64,000 bases of DNA, from positions 346 to 64,345 of the forward strand of contig JADBLO010000094.1 in NCBI GenBank assembly GCA_014894395.1, written 5' to 3'. Below are positions 19,715 through 28,617 of this stretch, one piece after another. Within the stretch, counting starts at the first letter, position 1, and the number at the start of each line of letters is the position of its first letter. The translations under genes and the position numbers were made by a program. This DNA is from Thermoplasmata archaeon (lineage in GTDB: Archaea; Thermoplasmatota; E2; DHVEG-1). The notes beneath the pieces were generated by a model, which saw only the letters and a list, made by a program, of their open reading frames with translations, was not told the DNA's origin and searched no databases.

Positions 19715-20253
19715 TCTATTTCCAAACCCCTAAATTTTTCGACAAACTCTTTGAAGCTTTGCGCTTTCGAATCCTTCTCCGATAAGAGGGGATTAGACAC
19801 CGGCCATTTTATTCCAAGATCAGAGTCATTCCATTTAATAGTACCCTGACTTGTAGGATTATAGTAATTACTCATTTTGTACAGTAACGTGCAATCATTG
19901 GTTAAGGTGCACATGCCAAGTGCAAGACCTTTTGGAACGTACAGCATGTTTTTATTCTGTTCAGAGAGAATCGCGCTATCCCAGCAACCAAACATTGAGG
20001 AGTTTTTCCGTATATCAACAAACACCATAAAAATCTCCCCATGGACTGCTCTCACGAGTTTTGTTTCCGTGTTCGGTGGAAATTGAAAATGAAGCCCTCG
20101 TATCGTCCCTTTTTGCTTTGAATAGGAATGATTCTCTTGAACCCACCGCTGTTCTAAACCATGGTCTTGAAATAACGTATCATCATAGGTTCTCATAAAA
20201 AATCCCCTATGATCTTCGTGAACCTCTAATTCGATTTCAAAGACTCCCTTCAT
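19711..20253 (-). CDS. NDP-4-keto-6-deoxy-sugar 3,5-epimerase (RmlC-like cupin).
   Basis: MKGVFEIELEVHEDHRGFFMRTY is the typical RmlC N-terminus. The probable start is the Met at 20253, preceded by AAAGAAAG; the track start at 20289 is an extension. Confidence 0.85.
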   Translation of the reverse strand: MKGVFEIELEVHEDHRGFFMRTYDDTLFQDHGLEQRWVQENHSYSKQKGTIRGLHFQFPPNTETKLVRAVHGEIFMVFVDIRKNSSMFGCWDSAILSEQNKNMLYVPKGLALGMCTLTNDCTLLYKMSNYYNPTSQGTIKWNDSDLGIKWPVSNPLLSEKDSKAQSFKEFVEKFRGLEIE

Positions 20254-21511
20254 TTTTCTTTCTTTTATCTGCATTGTAGTCACAAACACTCATCATTGCT
20301 GGGGTATTCGGTAATGGGATGATACAGGTACCCGTATAATTAAACCTCTTTTTTAAAATCGTGATGATTTCGTCTGTGAAATTCCACGCTAAAATAAATA
20401 CACACTTCGGGTTTTTACTCATGACCTGTTCTGGGCTGTCAATAGGGATATGGGTTCCTGCGGTGTACCGTTTATGTTTCAAGGGATTCTGATCAGCGAT
20501 GAGAGAAATATATTGCGTGTCAATCCCACAATAATTCAGTAAGGTGGAACTTCGTGCTGATGCGCCATACCCAACAAGGGGTCCACTTGCATCAGTTACT
20601 TCTTTCATCATCTTTAATAATTGTTCACGATGAACATGAACTCGCCGTGAAAAATCTTGCCAGCTACTCAAATCATTAAGTTTCTTTTTCTGTTCGGTAT
20701 CTCGATATGATTGAACGGTGTGCGCCTCTGCTTCCTTGTTTTTTTTCACATATAAAATCAATGATCCACCACTAATCGGACTCTCATTGATATCAACCAC
20801 AAATAGTCCGAATCGATGCAACAACGCTTCAACACTTTTCAAGGTAAAATAACATAAATGCTCATGATAGATCGAATCATAATGCAACTCATCATAGATT
20901 CTTCCTGCATAGTGGACCTCCAACGCAAGTAAACCATCTGTTTCTAAAACTCGGGAAAGCCCGTCTACAAAATCATGAAGATGCGCCACGTGCGGAAGAA
21001 CATTCCGTGCGATCACCACTTTCGCCGGACCATGCTGCTTCAGTATTTCCTCTGCGACTTGAACTCCAAAAAAGCTGCATTTCGTTGGAATACCCTGTGC
21101 AATAGCTATCTTGACAATGTTCTCTGCAGGATCAACTCCAAGAACCAGATACTTGTTTTTCACAAAGGGCTGTAGAAATGTCCCGTCGTTACTCGCAACT
21201 TCGAGGACATATCCTTTATTCAAATCGTGAACGCGAGTGACAATTTCTCGATAAAACATCTGTGCATGGTCTTGAGCTGTATGAGACGTACCGGTAACCC
21301 AAACGTAATTTGAAAATAACTTCTTTGGATCGACCGTGTAATTTAACTGAACCAGATTACATTCTGGACACCAACTTAATGAAAGAGGATACAACGGCTC
21401 TTTTTCGGTTGCAGTTTTCAGTAGAGAATTGGCTGGGGGTTGGTTCCCAAGGTCGAGAAATTCGACGATATGTTTGTTTTCACAGACTCGGCAACATTTG
21501 ATGTGTGTCAT
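20237..21511 (-). CDS. NDP-hexose C-methyltransferase (TylCIII-like) with an N-terminal zinc ribbon.
   Basis: CRVCENKHIVEFLDLGNQPPANSLL, where the C4 ribbon is completed by CPECN, plus a class I methyltransferase core. 424 aa. Confidence 0.8.
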   Translation of the reverse strand: MTHIKCCRVCENKHIVEFLDLGNQPPANSLLKTATEKEPLYPLSLSWCPECNLVQLNYTVDPKKLFSNYVWVTGTSHTAQDHAQMFYREIVTRVHDLNKGYVLEVASNDGTFLQPFVKNKYLVLGVDPAENIVKIAIAQGIPTKCSFFGVQVAEEILKQHGPAKVVIARNVLPHVAHLHDFVDGLSRVLETDGLLALEVHYAGRIYDELHYDSIYHEHLCYFTLKSVEALLHRFGLFVVDINESPISGGSLILYVKKNKEAEAHTVQSYRDTEQKKKLNDLSSWQDFSRRVHVHREQLLKMMKEVTDASGPLVGYGASARSSTLLNYCGIDTQYISLIADQNPLKHKRYTAGTHIPIDSPEQVMSKNPKCVFILAWNFTDEIITILKKRFNYTGTCIIPLPNTPAMMSVCDYNADKRKKNEGSL

Positions 21512-21540
21512 GCGTATGTCCTCAAGGTATTGTTTTATCT

Positions 21541-23367
21541 TTAAGTGAAATCGGATTCGTTCATCGTATAAATTGCATCAGCATAATCTTTTGTTTTTTT
21601 AATGATAGGTACTTCGTCTATTTCTCGAGACTTAATGATTTTTTCGGTCTGTTTTGTAGAGCATTTCTTGTAGTCAATATAAAACTCTTTGAGTCGCTGA
21701 ATTCGCACCGTGTCGTTGATATCGACGTAAATATGGTAATCAGAGAGGTTTCGGACGTCTTCGATATCTAATGAGACAATTCCATCGATGATACCGATGC
21801 CATGCTCTTCGATATATAATGGGGTAGAATTTTTCTTTTGGGTGACCTGTCGTGTTTGTGAGTCATACACCGGAGGGTAGATTTTCTCCCCGTGTTTAAG
21901 GCGGGTGATTGTCTCCGATATTTTTGTATATTGATACCGCTCACGCACTGTTTCATTTCCTTTTCGTTCGTTGAGTCCAAGCAGCCAATTATCAAGAGGA
22001 ATAATAGTACTTGGGATTTTTTTCCCTTTGAGATCTTCTTGTATTTTTTTTGCAAGGATTGTTTTCCCGGACCTGCTGCACCCTGCGATTGAGACGATAA
22101 ATCTTGTTTTGTCTGACTTCATATAGGTTTCAAGTAAGGATTCAAATAAAGTATAATACGTATCAATTCGTTTGTTGGCTGTTGATCCAAGGAGTGAATG
22201 AACCACCTGTAGCAGATTTTTCTCTGGTGTCACTAGTATGGTCTTGACACCAGCAGCATTCCCTGCTTGCAGATCACGTTCATCATCACCGATAAAAACT
22301 GTTTTTGAAAGATCTAATTGATGATCCCGGGCAGCTTGGAAGAACATTCCGGGTTTTGGTTTCCTACATTCACAGTTTTCATCCCACCCATGAGGACAAT
22401 AGTAGATGCCATCGATCTTCGCCTTATTGTTGTGTAATTCTCTCTGAAGATGTTCATGGATACTGCGGAGATCCGACTCAGTCATTACACCCCGAGCAAT
22501 CCCTGCTTGGTTCGTGATAAGATAGACGTGATATCCATTTTTTGTGAGAAGTTCCAATGCTTCTATGGCCCCTGGTAGGAATTCGAATTCATTCCACTTC
22601 TTCACATACTCTGCTTTAGGTGGTTTTTTATTAATGACGCCATCCCTATCCAAGAAAATCACTTTCTTTGGCTGGAGGAATCTTTCTGTCAGTGGCAAAC
22701 GCTCTAATGACCCAATGCTATAATATCTATAATCCACCAAATATCCGGATAACTGATGATTTTCGATGAGTTTTGGAATGATGACATTCTGAAAAGAAAA
22801 ATTCTCACCAGGCATCCATTCTGTTATCTTCTTACTGAGAATGAAAAAACCGACATCTACCCCGTTGAGATCTTTCGCTTGCCTTGTTCGATCGTAGGTT
22901 ATGACATATCCTTTCTCATCCACAAACACATTATTTTTCGTTATTTTGTCTTTGTTCGTATATATCGTAACGCTTGCCATAGTCTTTTGTTTTTCATGGA
23001 ATTCCACAAGTTTCTTTAGATCCAACGGGAGATAATTATCGCAATACGTCAAGAGGAAAAACTCCTGGAGGAGCTCCTCTGCTTTTTTTATTCGTGTTCC
23101 GGTCTCATCTGAAAGATCACTTATCGAATATTTTATTTTCACTCCGAATCTTGAACCATCTCCGAAATACTCCGTGATTTTTTCAGGAAGATACCCGAGC
23201 AAGAGCACGATTTCACAGATTCCGTTTTCTTTCAACAGGCCTATGAGATATTCGAGAAATGGTTTCCCATTCATTAAAATCATTGGCTTTGGTACTGTAT
23301 CGGTCAGCGGTTGTAGTCTTGTTCCTCGTCCTCCAGCAAGGATTACAGCTTGTTTAACTGAAAGCAT
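21541..23367 (-). CDS. Tri-domain fusion: heptose-1-P nucleotidyltransferase (HddC-like), D,D-heptose-1,7-bisphosphate phosphatase (GmhB-like HAD), and a uridine-kinase/phosphoribulokinase-family P-loop kinase domain.
   Basis: N-terminus MLSVKQAVILAGGRGTRLQPLTD is the NTP-transferase domain. The middle has VIFLDRDGVIN...CECRKPKPGMF...FIGDDERD, the GmhB HAD motifs with a Cys/zinc loop. The C-terminus has IVSIAGCSRSGKTILAKKI...IPLDNW...KHGEKIYPPVYD...GIIDGIVSL...YHIYVDINDTVRIQRLKEF...KDYADAIY, which aligns motif-for-motif with Udk/PRK. Confidence 0.8.
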   Translation of the reverse strand: MLSVKQAVILAGGRGTRLQPLTDTVPKPMILMNGKPFLEYLIGLLKENGICEIVLLLGYLPEKITEYFGDGSRFGVKIKYSISDLSDETGTRIKKAEELLQEFFLLTYCDNYLPLDLKKLVEFHEKQKTMASVTIYTNKDKITKNNVFVDEKGYVITYDRTRQAKDLNGVDVGFFILSKKITEWMPGENFSFQNVIIPKLIENHQLSGYLVDYRYYSIGSLERLPLTERFLQPKKVIFLDRDGVINKKPPKAEYVKKWNEFEFLPGAIEALELLTKNGYHVYLITNQAGIARGVMTESDLRSIHEHLQRELHNNKAKIDGIYYCPHGWDENCECRKPKPGMFFQAARDHQLDLSKTVFIGDDERDLQAGNAAGVKTILVTPEKNLLQVVHSLLGSTANKRIDTYYTLFESLLETYMKSDKTRFIVSIAGCSRSGKTILAKKIQEDLKGKKIPSTIIPLDNWLLGLNERKGNETVRERYQYTKISETITRLKHGEKIYPPVYDSQTRQVTQKKNSTPLYIEEHGIGIIDGIVSLDIEDVRNLSDYHIYVDINDTVRIQRLKEFYIDYKKCSTKQTEKIIKSREIDEVPIIKKTKDYADAIYTMNESDFT

Positions 23368-23373
23368 GTGTTC

Positions 23374-24423
23374 TCACGTCATCCAGTACATCTTCTTGTT
23401 TACCTTTTTTTCATTCATCAGGTATTTCAATTGCAATGTGCGATTGCATTGTCTTCCCCGAAACATAGCTTCCGTGAAATGTATTTCATCAAAAAAAGAA
23501 ACAATCTCATTTCCGCCCCGAAAGAGATCCCACTCTGGTTTGTAATACTCTTTTAATACGGAAAGTATCTTTACAAACGAAACTCGGTATGTTCTGGCAT
23601 CTGATCCATGTTCGCCCGTATAAATTATAGTTGATCCCTTCACAACATTTTGTGCAGCTTCTGCGAGTTGTTTTACTGTAAAATTACCATCATTAATACC
23701 AACATTAAATGATTCATTTGAGATTAGTTTTTCTGGTGCTTCAATACCTGCAATAAATGCATTTGATACATCCCTGATATGGACGACGGGTCGCCATGGT
23801 GACCCATCGCTTTTTACTTCTATTTTCCCTGTTGTATAAGCACTAGCGATAAAGTTATTGTAAACGATGTCACATCGCAACCTTGGGCTTACCCCGAAAA
23901 CGGTCGATGGGCGAAAACATACAACGGTAAAATCATCATCCCCTAGCTTCTTCAATTCACATTCCGCATCCCATTTCGTTTTTGCGTACATCGTAATAGG
24001 ATTCTTTTCACTTGTATCCTCATCTAGTTCTTCATCTGTCTTTGCCACCCCGTACATACTTTGAGATGAAGAATATACAAAACGCTTAATTCCAATTTCT
24101 TTTGCCAATGTAGCCAATCTGATCGTTGCAACATAATTGATATCATATGTTAATTTTTGATTGAGTTCGCCCAATGGATCATTAGACAGAGCTGCAAGAT
24201 GAATGATGGCATCAATACCCTTCAGATCTGCTTTTGAGACCTTTCGGATATCTTTGTTAATTTGCTGTATATTAGTATCTAACTTCTTCAATTCGCAACC
24301 TTTGTAATAATCCGTGTCAAAACCTTTTACGGTATAGCCTCGATCTAAAAGGAGTTTTGTCAATATGCATCCGATATATCCTCTGTTCCCAGTTACAAGA
24401 ATATTCACAATATCCCTCCACAT
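23374..24423 (-). CDS. NAD-dependent sugar epimerase/dehydratase (extended SDR), a candidate GDP-heptose-modifying enzyme.
   Basis: NILVTGNRGYIGCIL Rossmann motif, SSSQSMYG, YAKTK. 349 aa. Confidence 0.8.
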   Translation of the reverse strand: MWRDIVNILVTGNRGYIGCILTKLLLDRGYTVKGFDTDYYKGCELKKLDTNIQQINKDIRKVSKADLKGIDAIIHLAALSNDPLGELNQKLTYDINYVATIRLATLAKEIGIKRFVYSSSQSMYGVAKTDEELDEDTSEKNPITMYAKTKWDAECELKKLGDDDFTVVCFRPSTVFGVSPRLRCDIVYNNFIASAYTTGKIEVKSDGSPWRPVVHIRDVSNAFIAGIEAPEKLISNESFNVGINDGNFTVKQLAEAAQNVVKGSTIIYTGEHGSDARTYRVSFVKILSVLKEYYKPEWDLFRGGNEIVSFFDEIHFTEAMFRGRQCNRTLQLKYLMNEKKVNKKMYWMT

Positions 24424-24428
24424 ACATT

Positions 24429-25022
24429 TTATTTCTTTTGTCTTTGTTGCTCTTCTCTGATTAATGATGTTAAAAGATGCTCAAGAAGCAGGTGAATGTC
24501 CTCTACGCGCTGCATATAATTACTCGGTGCATGGATGTTCTCTTGGGCGCATCTGAGTAATGCGCCTCCATCATATCCAGAAATACCTATAGTTATCCCT
24601 CTGTTTTCGTTTGCATATTTTATGGCTTTAACCACATTCGCCGAATTCCCACTGCCACTAATACCGATTATGACATCGCCAGGTTCCATTAAATTCTTCA
24701 ATTGTTCGACAAAAATATCATCATAGCTTGCATCATTTGCCCATGCCAGCATGGTTGGAATATTATCAGTGAGTGCAATCGCTTTAAACCTGGGAAATCC
24801 ATCGACAATGGTTCCTTTTGAAAGATCACTTACAAAATGAGATGCTGTTGAGGCACTACCCCCATTTCCCATTATAAAAATCGTTTTTCGTTCAGTTCGT
24901 GCTTTCAACAAAATAGTCGCAATAGTGTCCATTTTTTTTACAAGATCTCGCTCCATTACATTTAATATTGTGTGTATTTCCTTTAAATAATCCTTCGTAA
25001 ATTTTTCCCTGAAGTTATCCAT
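24429..25022 (-). CDS. gmhA: Sedoheptulose-7-phosphate isomerase (phosphoheptose isomerase, SIS domain).
   Basis: IFIMGNGGSASTASHFVSDLSK SIS motif. 197 aa. Confidence 0.85.
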   Translation of the reverse strand: MDNFREKFTKDYLKEIHTILNVMERDLVKKMDTIATILLKARTERKTIFIMGNGGSASTASHFVSDLSKGTIVDGFPRFKAIALTDNIPTMLAWANDASYDDIFVEQLKNLMEPGDVIIGISGSGNSANVVKAIKYANENRGITIGISGYDGGALLRCAQENIHAPSNYMQRVEDIHLLLEHLLTSLIREEQQRQKK

Positions 25023-25024
25023 AC

Positions 25025-26005
25025 TTAATCACTCACGTAGATAATTCTGCTTCCAGATGCCTCGAATGCAAATGTTACATCTTTCAAATCATGAAGTGCT
25101 TTTCTTACAAAATCTTGCTTTTCTTTTTCACAGTAGAACAACAAAAAACCGCCTCCTCCAGAACCCAAAATTTTCCCCCCGATTGCTCCAGCTTTTCGGG
25201 CTTTTTCATAATATGAATTGATAATAGGATTTGAGATTTTACTTGCGAGTTGTTGTTTGTACATCCATCCTTGATGAAGTATTTCTCCGAATCTCGTGAG
25301 ATCGTTGTTTCTTAATGCCTCTTGAAGTTCGCGAACCTGCTCAACCATTTTATCATAAATATGGAGTTTGTCTTCTGTTTTTTTAATTTGTTCCGTTAAA
25401 ATATCTCCTGATGTGATCTGTTTTCCCATATAAAACATAAGTAAATTTTCTTTTAATTTTTCTTTAATTTCTTTCTTGAAAATAATCGGATTCACTATGA
25501 CACTTTCATCTGCATTAAATTGTATATAGTTAAATCCCCCATATGCTGCTGCATATTGATCCTGTTTTCCGATTGGGTGTCCTAGTATGTCGATTTCAAT
25601 TCTACATGATTCCTGAGCCAATGTTTCAGCTGAGACATGTTCCCCTTTAAATGCATGAAGTGCGTGTAACGTTCCTACAACAATACTACTCGAAGCACCT
25701 AATCCGGATCCCTCCTGCGCTGGTAGAAGATCTGACATGTAAACGATTTCCAGTCCCTTCGTAATACCAGTCATTTTTAATGCATCCCGAACAAGATTAT
25801 GCTCGATCTCATCGACAGTTTTAACATATTCTATTTTTGAGTAGGCTACACGAATATTATCTGTGAATCTTTTATTCACGGTGATATATACATATTTGTT
25901 AATTGCAGTACTGATCACCGCACCGTGTCCATGTTGATAATATGCACGAATATCTGATCCACCGCCTACAAAACTCATTCGTAATGGTGTTCTTGAGATA
26001 ATCAT
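25025..26005 (-). CDS. hddA: GHMP-family sugar kinase, HddA-like D-glycero-alpha-D-manno-heptose-7-phosphate kinase.
   Basis: ISRTPLRMSFVGGGSDI N-terminus, the GHMP ATP motif PAQEGSGLGASSS, and a GGGGFLLF C-terminal motif. Confidence 0.8.
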   Translation of the reverse strand: MIISRTPLRMSFVGGGSDIRAYYQHGHGAVISTAINKYVYITVNKRFTDNIRVAYSKIEYVKTVDEIEHNLVRDALKMTGITKGLEIVYMSDLLPAQEGSGLGASSSIVVGTLHALHAFKGEHVSAETLAQESCRIEIDILGHPIGKQDQYAAAYGGFNYIQFNADESVIVNPIIFKKEIKEKLKENLLMFYMGKQITSGDILTEQIKKTEDKLHIYDKMVEQVRELQEALRNNDLTRFGEILHQGWMYKQQLASKISNPIINSYYEKARKAGAIGGKILGSGGGGFLLFYCEKEKQDFVRKALHDLKDVTFAFEASGSRIIYVSD

Positions 26006-26294
26006 GCTTTTTCCATCCTTTTTTCTTCATTTCTCAATATGTCTCAAATTGTAGACGCTTACTCCTTTATTCATACGGATGAGACTACTAGTGATAAGCG
26101 CCCTTGTATTTAACTTTTTTATAGGAGACCAAAGCAAAGATTTGAGACCGGCACAGAGTATTGATAATCCCATAAGTAACCAGACTACACTGTTCAGACC
26201 ATATTTGTAAGAGAGACAATAATTCATGAAATATTTAAATCATATACATATTTTTCCTTTAACCGTGAACATTAAATCTTTAAAAGTCTCCATT

Positions 26295-27350
26295 TTATGA
26301 AAATAATAATCGTTTTATTTCTTCTTTTGAAATCGGTTTGACATCTCTTGACGAGTATCGACCTAAGCTACAATGCCGTGCATTGGGATAATCTGAGATT
26401 CCAAAACTAAGACTAGGCATCTCAAGCTGCGGAGGAATTATCAACATATCATCAGTCTCAAATCCTACTGCTGCTTCCGATTCGGTCATTAACTCTTCAA
26501 ACATTTTCTCGCCAGGCCGTAGTCCGATGATTCTTTTTTCAATGGTTTCTTTTTTATGATGATATTTTTCCGCGTATGCTTCAATGATAACGTCAACAAG
26601 ATCTCCTAGTCTGACGACCGGCATTTTCAGGATGAAGACTTCTCCTCCTTTTGCCAAGACTGTTGCTTTGAATACCAACTCAATAGTATCAGAGACCAAC
26701 ATCATGAATCGTGTCATTTCCGGGTTTGTAATCGTGATTGGTTTTTTTTGTCGAATCTGTTCTTCGAAAAGGGGGATAACTGATCCTCGTGAGAATGAGA
26801 CATTCCCGAAACGTACTGAAGAAAAAATCGTTGGTTTGACTCCTTTTCCCTCATTAGCATCGATAATAAGTTTCTCAGCAAGGAGTTTTGTTGCACCCAT
26901 AGTATTTACTGGGTTTACTGCTTTATCAGTGCTAATGTTAATGACTCGATTTACACCCGATGCAAGAGCTGCTTCAATAACATTTTTTGTCCCGAGAACA
27001 TTAGTTTTAATTGCTTCGAATGGATTGTATTCACAGAGTGGAACATGTTTGAGCGCAGCTGCATGGTAGACAATATCGATATCCTCCATGGCAAGTAAAA
27101 CTCGTTCTTTATCACGGATGTCCCCTATTAAGAATCTTCTGTCAGAGATTTCATGCATCATCTTAGGTCCGCTATTGTCTATCTCATGCATCATTCGAAA
27201 CGTATTATCTTCGTCATTACTGAAGATTCGTACGACCTCTGGTTTGTATTTTAATACGCTTCGTACGATTTCACTTCCGATGCAACCAGTTCCACCAGTG
27301 ACTAAGATTTTTTTTCCTCGAAAGATGTTTTCTAATTGTTTTTGCATCAT
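26295..27350 (-). CDS. UDP-N-acetylglucosamine 4,6-dehydratase (PglF/PseB/CapD family, Polysacc_synt_2).
   Basis: ILVTGGTGCIGSEIV, then HAAALKHV, then GATKLLAEKL. Confidence 0.85.
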   Translation of the reverse strand: MMQKQLENIFRGKKILVTGGTGCIGSEIVRSVLKYKPEVVRIFSNDEDNTFRMMHEIDNSGPKMMHEISDRRFLIGDIRDKERVLLAMEDIDIVYHAAALKHVPLCEYNPFEAIKTNVLGTKNVIEAALASGVNRVINISTDKAVNPVNTMGATKLLAEKLIIDANEGKGVKPTIFSSVRFGNVSFSRGSVIPLFEEQIRQKKPITITNPEMTRFMMLVSDTIELVFKATVLAKGGEVFILKMPVVRLGDLVDVIIEAYAEKYHHKKETIEKRIIGLRPGEKMFEELMTESEAAVGFETDDMLIIPPQLEMPSLSFGISDYPNARHCSLGRYSSRDVKPISKEEIKRLLFS

Positions 27351-28498
27351 GTTCCTCTACATCCTTTTTCAATCACAGAAATAATGTAATCCATTTCCTT
27401 TTTTGTTAAGGATGGATAGAGTGGGAGTGTAAGTACTTTTTCTGCTATTTCTTCAGTGACTGGCAAATCACTTTTTTTGTAGTTAAATTCTTTTATGTAG
27501 AATGTTTTCAGGTGAATCGGCTCGAAGTAGACTTTCGTCATGATCCCTGCCTTGGTGAGGTGTTGCTGCAAATGGTCCCTGGTTTTTTTATCAGGTAGTT
27601 CGATGGTGTAGAGCTGGTAGACATGATACTCACCTTTGGATTCAGCCGGTGTTCGTATATCCTTTATCTTTGAGAGTTTTTTTGTATAATACGCTGCTTT
27701 TTCTCTGCGCATTTGTATGATTCTGTTAAATTTCTTGAATTGTGAAAGCACGAGTGCTGCATTGATACTTGGCAGTCGGTAATTATAGCCTGCTTGGATG
27801 TAATCTAACTCTCGGGTGGTCGCGAAATATCCCTCTTTACTTTCGACACGACCATGAGAGCGAATCAGCTGGAGTTTTTCAGTAATAGCTTTTGAATCGG
27901 TGACAACGATGCCGCCTTCCCCTGCGGTAATGACCTTGTTTTGGCAGAAGCTGAACATCGCAGCATCACTGAAAGTTCCTACACGTCTGTTATGTATTTT
28001 TGCTCCCAGTGATTCTGCAGCATCCTCGATAAGTACGAGGTGATGATCTTTTGCGATTTCTTGTAACGCTTTGATATTTTTACAAGGTCCTCCGCCATAA
28101 TGAATAGGGATGATCGCTTTGGTTTTACTGGTTATTTTTTCTTTAACATCTTCAGGGTCAAGAGCATAGGATTGCTTCTCGATGTCAGCAAACACAGGCG
28201 TCGCACCTGTAAGGACGACGACGTTTGCGGTGGCGATAAAGGTAAATGACGGGACAATAACTTCATTTCCGTGTTTGATATCATAGGCCAGAAGTGTTGC
28301 ATGAAGCGCTGATGTCCCTGAGTTAAACGAAACTCCGAATTTTTTCCCAATAAAACCAGCGATGTTGTCTTCCAATGTCTGTATTTCGGGACCCATGGTC
28401 CAGTAACTTCCCCGTTTGATGACCTTGGTGACTGCGACGACATCTTGTGTATCCCAGTACATCTTGAAGAGAGGAATTTTCCAATTCATTTTTTTCAT
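27347..28498 (-). CDS. DegT/DnrJ/EryC1-family PLP-dependent nucleotide-sugar 4-aminotransferase (PglE/PseC-like).
   Basis: 383-aa DegT family with a PLP-lysine region. Overlaps the upstream gene by 4 nt. Confidence 0.88.
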   Translation of the reverse strand: MKKMNWKIPLFKMYWDTQDVVAVTKVIKRGSYWTMGPEIQTLEDNIAGFIGKKFGVSFNSGTSALHATLLAYDIKHGNEVIVPSFTFIATANVVVLTGATPVFADIEKQSYALDPEDVKEKITSKTKAIIPIHYGGGPCKNIKALQEIAKDHHLVLIEDAAESLGAKIHNRRVGTFSDAAMFSFCQNKVITAGEGGIVVTDSKAITEKLQLIRSHGRVESKEGYFATTRELDYIQAGYNYRLPSINAALVLSQFKKFNRIIQMRREKAAYYTKKLSKIKDIRTPAESKGEYHVYQLYTIELPDKKTRDHLQQHLTKAGIMTKVYFEPIHLKTFYIKEFNYKKSDLPVTEEIAEKVLTLPLYPSLTKKEMDYIISVIEKGCRGT

Positions 28499-28617
28499 CC
28501 TTTTTCTGTTTGTTTTCTCGAGAGGGGATACCTTCAGCCTATGATCAGATGGTGCCTGTGTCGGTTTTGTTGTAAGGACATATCTTATATGTCTTCAGCT
28601 AGGGAGACCACAGGACA

